From: the human T2T-CHM13v2.0 reference genome, Homo sapiens
Assembly (NCBI RefSeq): GCF_009914755.1
Contig: NC_060928.1
Strand: one strand, 5' to 3'
DNA: 64,000 nt
Below are positions 31,545 to 43,794 of the stretch, piece after piece (within the stretch, counting starts at the first letter, position 1; each line of letters opens with the position of its first letter). Made by a program: the position numbers and the translations under genes. Below the pieces are notes generated by a model, which was not told where the DNA came from, made no database searches, and saw only the letters and a program-made list of their open reading frames with translations.

Positions 31545-32950
31545 AATATAATGAAGGCCACATATGACGAGCCCACAGATCATATCATACTAAATGGTGA
31601 AAAGCTGAAAACTTTTCCTCTGAGATCAGGAACAAGCTAGGGATGCTCGCTCTCACCATTTCCATTCAGTATAGTATTAGAAGTCCTAGTCAGAGCAATT
31701 TTAGGCAAGAAAAAGAAAAAAAGGCATCCAAATTGGGAAAGAAGAAGTTAAATTGTCTCTGCAGATGACATGATCTTATGAAATCCTAAAGACTACAAAC
31801 AATAAAACTATTAGAACCAATAAACAAATTCAGTAAAGTTGCAGGATACAGAATGAGCACACAAAATTAATACACAAAATTAATAACATTTTTATACACA
31901 AACAATGAACAAGAAAACAATCCCACTTATAATAGCATAAAAATACTTAGGAATAAAGTATTTAACCAAGGAAGTAAAACACTTGCACACTGAATAATAT
32001 ACAATATTGATGAAAGAAATTTCAGATGGCACAAATAAATGGAAAGATACCCTGTGTTCATGGACTAGAAGAATTAATATTGTAAAAATGCCATGTTACC
32101 CAATGTGATCTACTGATTCAATGCAATCCTTATCAAAAATCCAGTGACATTTTTTCAGAAAAACAGAAAAAAAACCCCTAAAATTCATATGGAACCACAA
32201 AGGACCCTAAATAATCAAGGCAATCTTAAACAAAAAGAACAAAACTGAAGACATCACACCATCTGATTTTAAAATATACTGTAAAGCTATAGTAGTCAAA
32301 ACAGCATGATACTAGCATAAAAACAGACATATAGCAGAATGGAAAAGAATAGTAAGTCCAGAATAAATTCATGCATTTATGGTAAATTAGTCTTTGACAA
32401 AAGTGCCAAGAACACATAATGGGGAAAGGACGATCTCTCCAGTAAATGGTGTTAGGAAAGCTGGATGTCCACATGTGGAAGAATGAAATTTTACCCTTAT
32501 TTCACAACATAAACAATAATCTGTTCAAACTGGATTAAAAACTTAAACCTGAAACTGTAAAACTACTACAAGAAAACAGGGAAGAATCTTCTTGACACTG
32601 GTCTGGACAATGACTTTTTGAATATGACCCAAAAGGACAGTCAACAGAAGCAAAAATAGACAAATGGGATTACACCAAACTAAAAAGCTTGTGTATAGTA
32701 ATGAAAACAATCAAAAGCATAAAGAGACAATTTACGAATGGGAGAAAATATTTGGAAAACATACATTTGATAAAAGCTTAGTATGCAAAGTATATAAGGA
32801 ACTCATACAACTCAATAGCAGGAAAACAAAGTAACTCAATTAAGAAATGGGCAAAGGACCTTAACAGACATTTCGTAAAAGAAGATATACAAATGGATAA
32901 TAGATATTTTAAAAAGCTCAACATCATTAATTATCAGGGAAATTCAAGTG
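31545..32950 (+). mobile_element. L1MA-type ORF2 fragment
   Basis: 'aatggtgaaaagctgaaaacttttcctctgagatcaggaacaag' to 'aacatcattaattatcagggaaattcaa'. Confidence 0.88.
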
Positions 32951-33499
32951 GAAATATTTTGTTTTAAAATGGACTCTTTCAAACTTTTCTTAGGGTTAGT
33001 TTTCAATTACTATTTTAAGAAACCTTTTAAGCAGAAATACACTTAGACATCACCCAGTGTTGTATAGTAAGTGGTGATATAAAAATAAAATATTTCCTCT
33101 CATAAGGGCAGGTATCCTTTCTTCTTGTTGGGAAGTGGCTCAACATAGACAATTTACATAACATATGTAAAAAGTGTGCTGTCATTTTCTAAATACAAAT
33201 ATTGATTTTTTTCCCTGATTGACTGTATTCATTTGAAAGGATATAATTAAGGAGTCTCATATGACAATACTTGCAACTAGACCATTAGAAATGCAAAGAG
33301 CTTATCACAAGCTAATCAGGCCTTTTCCATGGTTTAAGACCTGTGTCTATGAAATCTCTCTCTCTCAAATAAACCGAGAGTCCCAGTGTTTGGTTTTCTT
33401 ACGAAACACAATTCAACAAAAATATTTAAGTTAAAGAGAATTCCATTATTTATTGTCACTTCTAAAAATTATTAAAAGGATTCAAACTTACAGGGCAAT

Positions 33500-34048
33500 G
33501 AACAGTACAGTATTTTAAGATGACTGCCAAGATTCCCATCCTGTGGTTCACATATTTTATATAGTCTCTGGAGCCTATGACTATGATGCAATATCATTCA
33601 CATGATTGGGTTACTAATTAACTCTGAGTTACTCAAAAGGGGGGATTATCCTGGATGAATCTGATCTAATCAGACAAGTCTTTAGAAGAAGTACTAATGT
33701 GATGTGATGATGAGACATGAGGCAAAGAATTGAGAGTGCTCTCCAGCCTCTAAGAGCTAGCAAGAAAATGGGGACTTTTCCAGTCCTGCAACCACAAAGG
33801 GAATCCAGTCAACAACTGAATTCAGTGAACACCTTGAAAGAACTTGGAAGAGAGCCCAATGCTCCAAAGGGGAGCTGTAGCACAAGAGGCACCTTGATTC
33901 CAGGCTTGCGAGAGGCTGGACAGAAGATCCAGCTAAGGTGTGCCTGGACTCCTGACCCAAGAAAACTGTGAGATAATAAATTTGTGTTGTTTGAAGTCTC
34001 TACGTTTGGGGTACTCTGTGATGCAGCAATAGAAAAACAAATAATACA
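33500..34048 (+). mobile_element. MLT1 (E/F-type) LTR
   Basis: 'gggggattatcctggatgaatctgatctaatcagac' and 'gactcctgacccaagaaaactgtgagataataaatttgtgttgttt'. Confidence 0.75.
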
Positions 34049-35654
34049 GTTTTTGCAACATTTACTAGAATCCCTTTTCCTGCTCTATACTGTTCTCTCA
34101 CCTCCACAGGCTCATTCAACTCATTCACTTCTCTAAAAGCTTCCTCCTTTATGTCCAGTCTGATTAGCTTTCTTATGCTTTCCTCCCTTCTAATGCCCAC
34201 TCAGCATTTTAATAGGAAGATTAACTTAACTTTCCTTCCAGCAGAAATCTTTCCTCCCCTAGAAGAAGTAAGGAGGTGGGTTAGGCAGGCAATTTTAGGA
34301 ATCTCTTGCACCCAAAAAGGAGTGGATTAGTCTATGTCCAGTCTTTTGTGACAGTTTTTGGACCTATGTGCACACACTTACACAGACTGCACATGCATGA
34401 TGATGCTTAACCATTTGCTTTTGACTTCTAAGTGAAAACAAAGCATATTTAGCCCACTCAAGTTTTTCCCCAGACATCCAAGAATGGCTTATCTTCATTT
34501 TGGATCCTTGGTGAAAATGGAATTCTCTTCCAATATCTCTTCACTTTTTTCCATATAGTAGAAGTTTTATCATTGAGCACCTGACCAGTCAATTATATAG
34601 ATTACCTTTTCTCACCTCTCTTATAGCTAGGATATGATGAATAGGATGTATGAGAAGGTGATATTTGCAACTTCTAGGGCATGTCTATAAAGGAAAAGGG
34701 TTTGCCATTTCACCTTTTCCATTTCCTATTGGCAGGAATGTGGCAATGATGGCAGGGCACTGTTCAGCCATATTGGATGAAGAGATGGAAGTCACATGAG
34801 GACAATCGCAGGGCCACAAGATAGAAGAAACCTGGGTGCAAGGGAATTTAAGGGTAGCTTCTTGTGACAGCAGCTACTAATTGTCCCCAATATTTGTTCT
34901 CCATTTCTTCTCCTTTTTAGTATTGGGTGTCTGCCTCCAGACTTATCTAGACACATAGGAAACCAGCTGGATAACTCATTTCCTAGCCTCCCTTGCAGTA
35001 TGGTCATGTGACCAAGTCCTCATCCATGAATTTTAAGCAGGAATGGTGAGCTGAAGTTCTGCCTTTTTCTAATTAAAACATGGTCATTACCCTTGTTGTC
35101 TTTTTGGGATAGAAGTTAGGTCAGTCCAGTCCTGGAGATAACCAAGGTGGCTTACTGTTTGAAATTTTTGTATCAATTGGACAAATCATCTAGTATCTGT
35201 TACCAATATGTAGAATAACAATAGCAAGCAGGCCATTTGGTTTACCTGCTCTTCCTTTAGGCTTCTTTGGTTCACTGTCAGACCTTTATAAAATACTATA
35301 CTGGCATTGTTTCTTTAGTTGTCTGTTTTGTACACTAGATTGTGGTTCCTGGAAGACTAAAATTTATCATCATATTTCTCTGAATTCCCAGTTCCTGGAA
35401 TAGCACCTGATACACAAAAGGCATCCAGCCAATGTTTGCTGAACAAAGAAATGAAGGTAATGTTTGAAATGAAGGTAATGTATGAAGTTGAGAGGGAATG
35501 AAGGGAAGGCAGAATAAACACAGAATTGAGAATCAGGAAAACTTGAAGAGATTATTTCCAAAGCTCTTATTGGTTACAGAGTTGGTTGGTGACATATCCA
35601 GAATATGATTTTGCTGGCTAACTTCTAGTCTATACTTTTACTACACCCATGTAG

Positions 35655-35995
<341 letters not shown>

Positions 35996-36083
35996 AGGAA
36001 GGACAGCTTAAGGAGAGGTTATAGACAGGAGCAGGAGACAAAGGAGAATAGAAGTGGGTACACATACCAATGAGCATGGGTGT

Positions 36084-36442
36084 TGATATGGTTTGGCTGT
36101 GTCCCCACCCAAATCATCTTGAATTCTAACTCCCACAATTCCCTTGTGTCATGGGAGGGACCCAGTGGGAGGTAATTGAATCATGGGGGTAGGTCTTTCT
36201 TGTGCTGTTCTCATGATAGTGAATAAGTCTCACGAGATCTGTGGTTTTTATAAGCAGTTTCCCCTTTCGCTTGGCTCTCATTCTCTCGTCTCATGCCATG
36301 TAAGACATGCCTTTTGCTTTCCACTATGATTGTAAGGCCTCCCCAGCCATGTGGAACTGTGAGTCAATTAAACCTCTTTTTCTCTGTAGACTGTCCAGTC
36401 TTGGGTATGTATTTATCAGCAGCATGAAAACAGACTCATACA
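36084..36442 (+). mobile_element. THE1 solo LTR
   Basis: 'tgatatggtttggctgtgtccccacccaaatc' to 'gaaaacagactcataca', with a perfect TSD ggtgt. Confidence 0.95.
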
Positions 36443-36762
36443 GGTGTGTACCCCTAGAGTGGATTTTGGCAGAATACATTAATGCCTGAATTTTCATTTC
36501 TCTATTTATCCATGCCCATTGCCATGTAACTTTTCAGTTTATTCCATTAAAGAGGCAGAGTATGTTTCTCTGCCCCTTTATTTTGGGTTTAGTCACATGA
36601 CTTGCTTTTGCCAGTGGAATTTTTGTAGTAATGACGTGACCAAGCTTGCTCTATTTTGTCTCTGCTATGATCACAAAACATGAAAGGCTGCCTGCATTTA
36701 CTAGGAGAAGGATGACAACCACATGGAGCAGAGAAGAGTTTCTATGGTTGAACCCAGGCCGG

Positions 36763-38186
36763 TGTGTCCGGAATTGGTGGGTTCTTGGTCTCACTGACTT
36801 CAAGAATGAAGCCGCGGACTCTCGCGGTGAGTGTTACAGCTCTTAAGGTGGCGCCTCTGGAGTTTGTTCCTTCTGATGTTCTGATGTGTTCGGAGTTTCT
36901 TCTTTCTGGTGGGTTCATGGTCTCACTGGCTCAGGAGTGAAGCTGCAGACCTTCGCGGTGAGTGTTACAGCTCCTAAGGCGGGGCGTCTGGAGTTGTTGT
37001 TTCTCCCGGTGGGCTCATGCTCTCGCTGGCTTCAGGAGTGAAGCTGCAGACTTTCGCGGTGAGTGTTACAGCTCATAAAAGCAGTGTGGACCCAGAGAGT
37101 GAGCAGCAGCAAGATTTATTGCAAAGAGTGAAAGAACAAAGCTCCCACAGCGTGAAAGGGGACCTGAGTGGTTTGCCGCAGCTGGCTCGGGCAGCCTGCT
37201 TTTATTCTCTTATCTGGCCCCACCCACATCCTGCTGATTCGTAGAGCCGAGTGGCCTGTTTTGACAGGGCACTGATTGGTGCGTTTACAATCCCTGAGCT
37301 AGATACAAAGGTTCTCCTTGTCCCCATCAGATTAGTTAGATATGGAGTATGGACACAAAGGTTCTCCAAGGCCCCACCAGAGCAGCTAGATACAGAGTGT
37401 CGATTGGTGCACTCACAAACTCTAAGCTAGACACAGGGTGCTGATTGGTGTGTTTACAAACCCTGAGCTAGATACAGACTGCCGATTGGTGTATTTACAA
37501 TCCCTGAGCTAGACATATTCTCCAAGGCCCCACCAGACTCAGCAGCCCAGCTGGCTTCACCCAGTGGATCCCGCACCGGGGCTGCAGGTGGAGCTGCCTG
37601 CCAGTCCCGCGCCGTGCCCCCGCACTCCTCAGCCCTTGTGTGGCCTATGGGACTGGGTGCCGTGGAGCAGGGGGCGGCGCTCGTCAGGGAGTCTCGGGCT
37701 GCACAGGAACCCACCCAGGCGGGGGAAGGCTCAGGCATGGCGGGCTGCAGTCCCGAGGCCTGCCCCGCTGGAAGGCAGCTAAGGCCCGGCGAGAAATCGA
37801 GCGCAGCGCCGGTGGGCTGGCACTGCTGGGGGACCCAGTACACCCTCCGCAGCCGCTGGCCCGGGTGCTAACTCCCTCATTGCCCGGGGCCGGCAGGGCC
37901 GGCCGGCTGCTCCGAGTGCGGGGCCCGCCAAGCCCACGCCCACCCGGAACTCCAGCTGGCTCGCAAGCGCAGCCCGCAGCCCCGGTTCCCGCTCGCGCCT
38001 CTCCCTCCACACCTACCTGCAAGCTGAGTGAGTGGGCTCCGGCCTTGGCCAGCCCAGAAAGGGGCTCCCACAGTGCAGCGGTGGGCTGAAGGGCTTCTCA
38101 AGTGCCACCAAAGTGCGAGCCCAGGCAGAGGAGGCGCCCAGAGCGAGCGAGGGCTGTGAGGACTGCCAGCACGCTGTCACCTCTCA
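36763..38186 (-). mobile_element. Full-length LTR12C (HERV9) solo LTR, inserted in an old MLT1
   Basis: On the minus strand it starts TGAGAGGTGACAGCGTGCTGGCAG and ends CCAATTCCGGACACA. Perfect 4-bp TSD ccgg at 36759-36762 and 38187-38190. CpG-rich 5' half, with internal tandem repeats. Confidence 0.97.
37170..37500 (-). promoter_or_regulatory. LTR12C promoter/enhancer: CCAAT (NF-Y) repeats, GATA site, TATA-like AATAAAA
   Basis: 'gattgg' occurs at about 37274, 37402, 37443 and 37484. The minus strand reads 'gggccagataagagaataaaagcaggctg' at about 37192-37220. Activity is inferred from family knowledge only. Confidence 0.7.
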
Positions 38187-39036
38187 CCGGGATCTGCTGC
38201 GTCCCTGTCCGCCTTCAGATGTGTTAATGAGACCAGGTGAGAGCAGTTGAGTGGCTCAGTTGAGTCCAGGGTAAATCAATCTACACTGTAGCCATGAGAT
38301 AAATTTTTAAAAATCCCTTTTATTGTATGCTGCTGATATAGCACAGCACAATCATAACCATAATTACCTGATGGGGGTTATGGCTAGAAATAGGTGATAT
38401 GGATGAAGGGGAATGATGTCAGCAAAGCTCTCTTGAAAAGGACTTGTTGGAATTTAGGATTGCATTTCAGTGGTAGGGTGAAGCCTGTGAAATGCCACAT
38501 TTGCATGTTAGTCTCCTAGGGGTGTCCTCATCACACATATTTCAGTTCTAGATGACAATATTTCAATGTAGGAGTGATTATTTTCATTTTACAAAGACCA
38601 GAGTCATGAAATAGCACCTTTCCTGAACTATGCCATAAAGGCTAGATAGGGATAAATGAGAAACAAGATAAATAATTAACTGACTCTAACTGACTCTCAA
38701 TTATTGCTACATGGTTGGACAATTAGAGGAAAATGTACTTTATTAAAAGATGTGGAACTCAAAATTATTTGTAATATTTGAACAATAAACAGCCTTTGCT
38801 TAATGGATAGAGATACTATTTCACTTCACCAACACGTTTGCCCTGTATGATTGGAGAACTTGGGCACTGCCAAAAATACATTATTGGCTTTAAATTATCG
38901 TAGAAAAGTGAAACGCTCCTAGCTAGGTATTTTTCGAATTCCTCTTAATTTACGTCCAGGGGCTCAATACTGAGAAGACACTCTTTTCTCCCATTTCTCC
39001 TTCTTCAGCCAAGTCCTCTGCCTCTATCATCCTTAA

Positions 39037-39424
<388 letters not shown>

Positions 39425-39459
39425 TAGTATTCTCATATTCCCATGCCTTTTATTCATAA

Positions 39460-40025
39460 CTCATCCCACATCTGGTTCGTTCCAAGAAAAATACCAAATT
39501 CAGTTAGGGTAAGGCTCCCCAATTATCTGAGAAGAGGCCAAGCTACTATAATAAGGAGACTCCTAACTACAGAGGCTCATGGAAGAGAGGTTTATTTCTC
39601 TTAATTAATGGTTCAAAGGGAGGCAGTAGTCCAAGACAGGAAGATCACTCTGCCTCACGAGGGTCAGCTGGGAATCCAGTCTGGGTCCTTTGATCATGTT
39701 GTCCTGCTATTGACTAGGGTGTTGTCTGCATTTTTGACAGTGGTGTTCTATGACCACATTTATGTTCTAGTCTATAGGAAGAGGAAAGCAGAGAAGTAGA
39801 GGAAAAGTGATTCCCATTTAATGAAGTGATATAAAAGCTTCATGCAAAACTGCTGTTTACATTCCACTAGTGAGAACATAGCCACATTGCCATATTTAGC
39901 TGCAATGGAGTCTTGGAAAATGGATTAGACAATTAGTGGACTACATGTCATGCAAAACTGTGTTGTGGGGATGCAATATTAAAAGAGAGAAGGGAAGTCT
40001 GGATATTATGGTCAATTAGCAGGCT
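39460..40025 (-). mobile_element. Old MLT1 (J/K-type) LTR fragments
   Basis: 'gaggtttatttctcttt' and 'ctgtttacattccactagtgagaacatagccacattgccatatttagctgcaatggagtcttggaaaatg'. Confidence 0.55.
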
Positions 40026-40528
40026 CCCTTAATTTCCCGGAAGGGCACACGTATATATTGCATGAGTGCTTTTCTCTAGTACTAAAACTCCTTAGTGGAG
40101 CTAAGGGGTAGATCTTGATAGACCAGCTACTCCCATCTTATGAGGGATAAGAAATGCTGTAGAAATCTTCCAGGTCGGATTTGAAGATCTTGTGATGCTG
40201 AGCCTACAAGCCAGTCAGTGAACTGCCCCCTCCTTCAACTGAACTAGTCAATTAACTACTTAAAATAGGAAAATGAAGACATCACCATACTTATAAAATA
40301 CATAGGGAAGAATTACAGAAAGTCTTTTCTTCCTTCAGAAGTACTTCCCTTGAACAAAAGGTCTGAGGAAAAGTTTAGCAAAACATATTACTGTATAGTA
40401 ATTGTGAATCCTGTTTCACCAAATACTAAAGCATCCTGAAGATGTTATCTCCTCATATATTGCAATGATAAGGTCCCTAATAATTTTCTGGTTTATTTGG
40501 AGAGGTCTTGGTTGGGGGGATCTTTAAA

Positions 40529-41864
40529 TTTTTTTTTATACATTCAGGGGGTACATGTGCATGTTTGTTATAGGGATATATTGTGTAGTGGTGGGGTTTG
40601 TGCTTCTAGTGCACACATCATCCAAACAGTAAATATTGTACCCACTAGGTAGTTTTCAACACTCACTTCCCATTTTGGAGTCCCCAGTGTCTATTATTTC
40701 TCTCTGTATGTTCATGTGTACCCATTGTTAAGCTCCTACTTACAAGTGAGAACATGTAGTATTTGATTTATTTTAATTAATTAATTAAATTGTAATTAAT
40801 TAATTAAATTTTGTTAGAGACAGAGTCTTGCTATGTTGTGTAGGCTGGTCTTGAACTTCTGGCCTTAAGTGATCTTTCAACACCTCACTTGGGGCCAGGA
40901 GTCATTTAGGATAATGGCCTCCAGCTCCATCCATGTTGCTGCAAAAGACATAATCTTATTCTTTTTTAGGGCTGCATATTATTCCATGATATATATGTAC
41001 CACATTTTCTTTACCCAATCATCCGTTGATAGACACTTAGATTGATTTCATGACTTTGCTATTGTGGATAGTGCTGCAATAAACATGAGTGCAGGTGTCT
41101 CTTTAATATAATGACTTCTTTTCCTTTGGGTGGATACCCAGTGGTGGGGTTGCTATGTCAAATTATAGTTCTATTTTTAGTACTTTGAGAAATCTGATTT
41201 CCACAGTTTGCTCTAGTTTACATTCTTACCAACAGTTTATAAGCATTCCCTTTTCTCTGCATTCTTGTCTACATCTGTTGTTTGACTTTTTAATAATAGC
41301 CCTCTGATTGGTGTGAGATGCTATCTCATTGTAGTTTTAATTTGTATTTCTCTGATGATTAGTGATGTTGAGCATTTTTTCATATGTTTGTTGGCTGCTT
41401 GTGTATCTTCTTTTGAGATATGTCTGTTTACATCCTTTGCCCACTTTTTAATGACATTGTTTTTTCTTGTTGAGTTATTTAAGTTCTTTGTAGAGTCTGG
41501 ATATTCTTTGTCAGATGCATATTTTGCAAATATTTTTTCTCATTCTGTAGATTATTGGTTTACTCTTTTATTTCTTTTTCTGTACAGAAGCTTTTTAGTT
41601 TAATTAAGTCCCATTTATCTATTTTTGTTTTTGTTGCATTTGCTTTTGAGGCCTCTATCATAAATTCTTTTCCTAGGCCTATGTCGTGAAGAATTTTTCT
41701 AGGTTTTCTTCCAGGATTTTTTATAGTTTCAGGTATTACATTTAAGTACTTCACCCACCTTGAGTTATTTTTTGTATATGATGACAGATAGGAGTCCAGT
41801 TTCATTCTTTGGTATATGGCTATCTAATTTTTTCAGTACCACATGTTGAATAGGCTGTCCTTCT
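40529..41864 (-). mobile_element. L1PA15/16-type 3' portion containing a short Alu fragment (about 40770-40880)
   Basis: Poly(T) followed by 'cattcagggggtacatgtgcatgtttgtta'. TSD-like 'gggggatcttt(a/g)aa' on both sides. Confidence 0.9.
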
Positions 41865-41954
41865 GTGGGGGATCTTTGAAATAAATGCAACTTTTTCATT
41901 TTGCTTCATTCTGTTCATTTCATTTTACTTTCCATTTAATTCCAGGCACATGTT

Positions 41955-42400
41955 TTTTTCCTTTTTCTTTTTAAATTTGTATAAATTTAAGGGAGTACAA
42001 GTGTAATTCTGGCACCTACATATATTGTATAGTGGTGAAGTCCTGGCTTTTGGTATATTCATCACCTGAATAATGCACACTGTATCTATTAAAATTTCTC
42101 ATGACCCTCCTCCCTTAAACCTCCTTACCCTCTGAGTTTCCAGTGTCTATCATTTCACACTCTATGTCCACATGTACACATTATTTAGTTCCTGCATATA
42201 AGTAAGAATATGTGGTATTTGACTTTGTTTCTGAGTTGTTTCACTTAAGATAATGGCCTCCAGTTTTATTCATGTTGCTGCAAAACACAATTTTAATCTT
42301 TTTTATGGCTAAATAGTTTTCCATTGCCTATAAACACCACATTTGCTTTATTCAGTCATACTTTGATGGATACTTAGGTTTATTTCATATGTTTGCTATG
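41955..42400 (-). mobile_element. L1PB4-type 3' end, followed by (CCTT)n at about 42405-42458
   Basis: 'aaatttaagggagtacaagtgtaatt...tgtatagtggtgaagtcctggcttttgg'. Confidence 0.8.
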
Positions 42401-42509
42401 TTTTTTCCCTCCCTCCCTCCTTCCTTCCTTCCTTCTTTCCTTCCTTCCTTCCTTCCCTTTGTTTCTGTTGTAACAGTCAATGTTGAGTCGGGAGACAGAC
42501 CTCATTCAG

Positions 42510-43790
42510 TTATTTATTTTATAAACAATCTTATTGACGTAGAATTGATTTATAGTGAACTGTGCATATTTAGTGTGTAAAATTTGATGTTTTGACGTAT
42601 GCATACATGTACAAAATCATTACTATAATCAAGATCATGACCATCTCTGTTATCTCCAACAGTTTCTTTGTGCCTCTTTGTAATTTCTCTTTTCCTTCTA
42701 CCCAACACCTGTCTCATCCTCAGGCAACCACTGATCTACTTTTGTTATTGTAGATCACTGTTTGCATTTCCTAAAACTTAAGAAAAATGGAACAATGTGA
42801 TATAAGTGTATGTTTTCTGTCTTCTTTCATACATCATAATTATTTTGTGAGTAGTCTATGTTGTAGCATGTATCAATAGTTCATTCCCTTGTATTGCTGA
42901 ATAGTACTGATGTAATTTGAATTTATTGGCACATAATTAGTCACAAAATTCCTTTCTTATTTTTTAATATCTGTAGAATCTGTGGTAATTTCACTTCTCT
43001 CATTCCTGATATTGTAAGTTGATATTGGTCAGGCTAGAATTTTATCAATTATTTTCATTTTCTCAAAGAACAACATTTTGGTGTAATTGATTGTCTCTAT
43101 TTTTTTTCCTATGTCATTGATTTCCACTCCAATTTTTGTTATTCTTCCTTTCTACTTAATTTGAGTTTAATTTGTTCTTCTTTTTCTAACCTCTTAATGA
43201 AGAATTAAAGTTTATATATTTGAGAACTTCCTTCTTTTTAATGTAGCATTTAGTGCCATAAATGTCCCACTAAGTACTGCTTTAATGGCATCCCACAAAT
43301 TTTTACGTGTTGTGTTTTCATTTTCATTTATTTCAATTAAAAACACTTTCTAACTTTTCTTTTGATTTCTTTTTTGACCTGTGTGTTATTAGAAATTTGT
43401 ATTTACAATTCAAATATTTTTGTGTTTTCCAGAGATGTTTATACTACTGGGTTCTAATAAAATTCCACTCTGGCCAGATAACTTACCTTTAAATTCATTA
43501 AATTTTTTAAATGCCCAGAATATGATAACTCCTAGCAAACGTTCTGTGTACATTTGAAAAAGAGTTTACTCTGAGGTTGCTGTGTGGACCATACTACAAA
43601 TATCAATTAGATCAAGTTGGTTGAAAGTGTTGTTCAAATCTTCTGCGTTCTTACTGATTTTCTGCTTATTTGTTCTACCGATTATGGAGAAAGGGGTATT
43701 GAAATATCTCATTAAAATTAATTTCTTTTTTTCTACCTTCAGTTCCATCAATTTTTGCATCTTATGTTCTGAAACTCTGTTATTGGTGAA
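42510..43790 (-). mobile_element. Old L1M fragments (3' end plus an ORF2 endonuclease-proximal piece)
   Basis: The minus ORF 43566-43760 'FNTPFSIIGRTNKQKISKNAEDLNNTFNQLDLIDI' is an L1 endonuclease-domain remnant. Confidence 0.8.
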
Positions 43791-43794
43791 TAGA

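Noticed and set aside
36800-37520. Tandem repeats with spacers that superficially resemble an array
   Set aside because: These are the normal U3 and U5 internal repeats of LTR12, not CRISPR-like.
37454-38250. Cluster of overlapping GC-rich ORFs up to 149 aa
   Set aside because: They lie in, or start in, the GC-rich part of LTR12C, where stop codons are rare.
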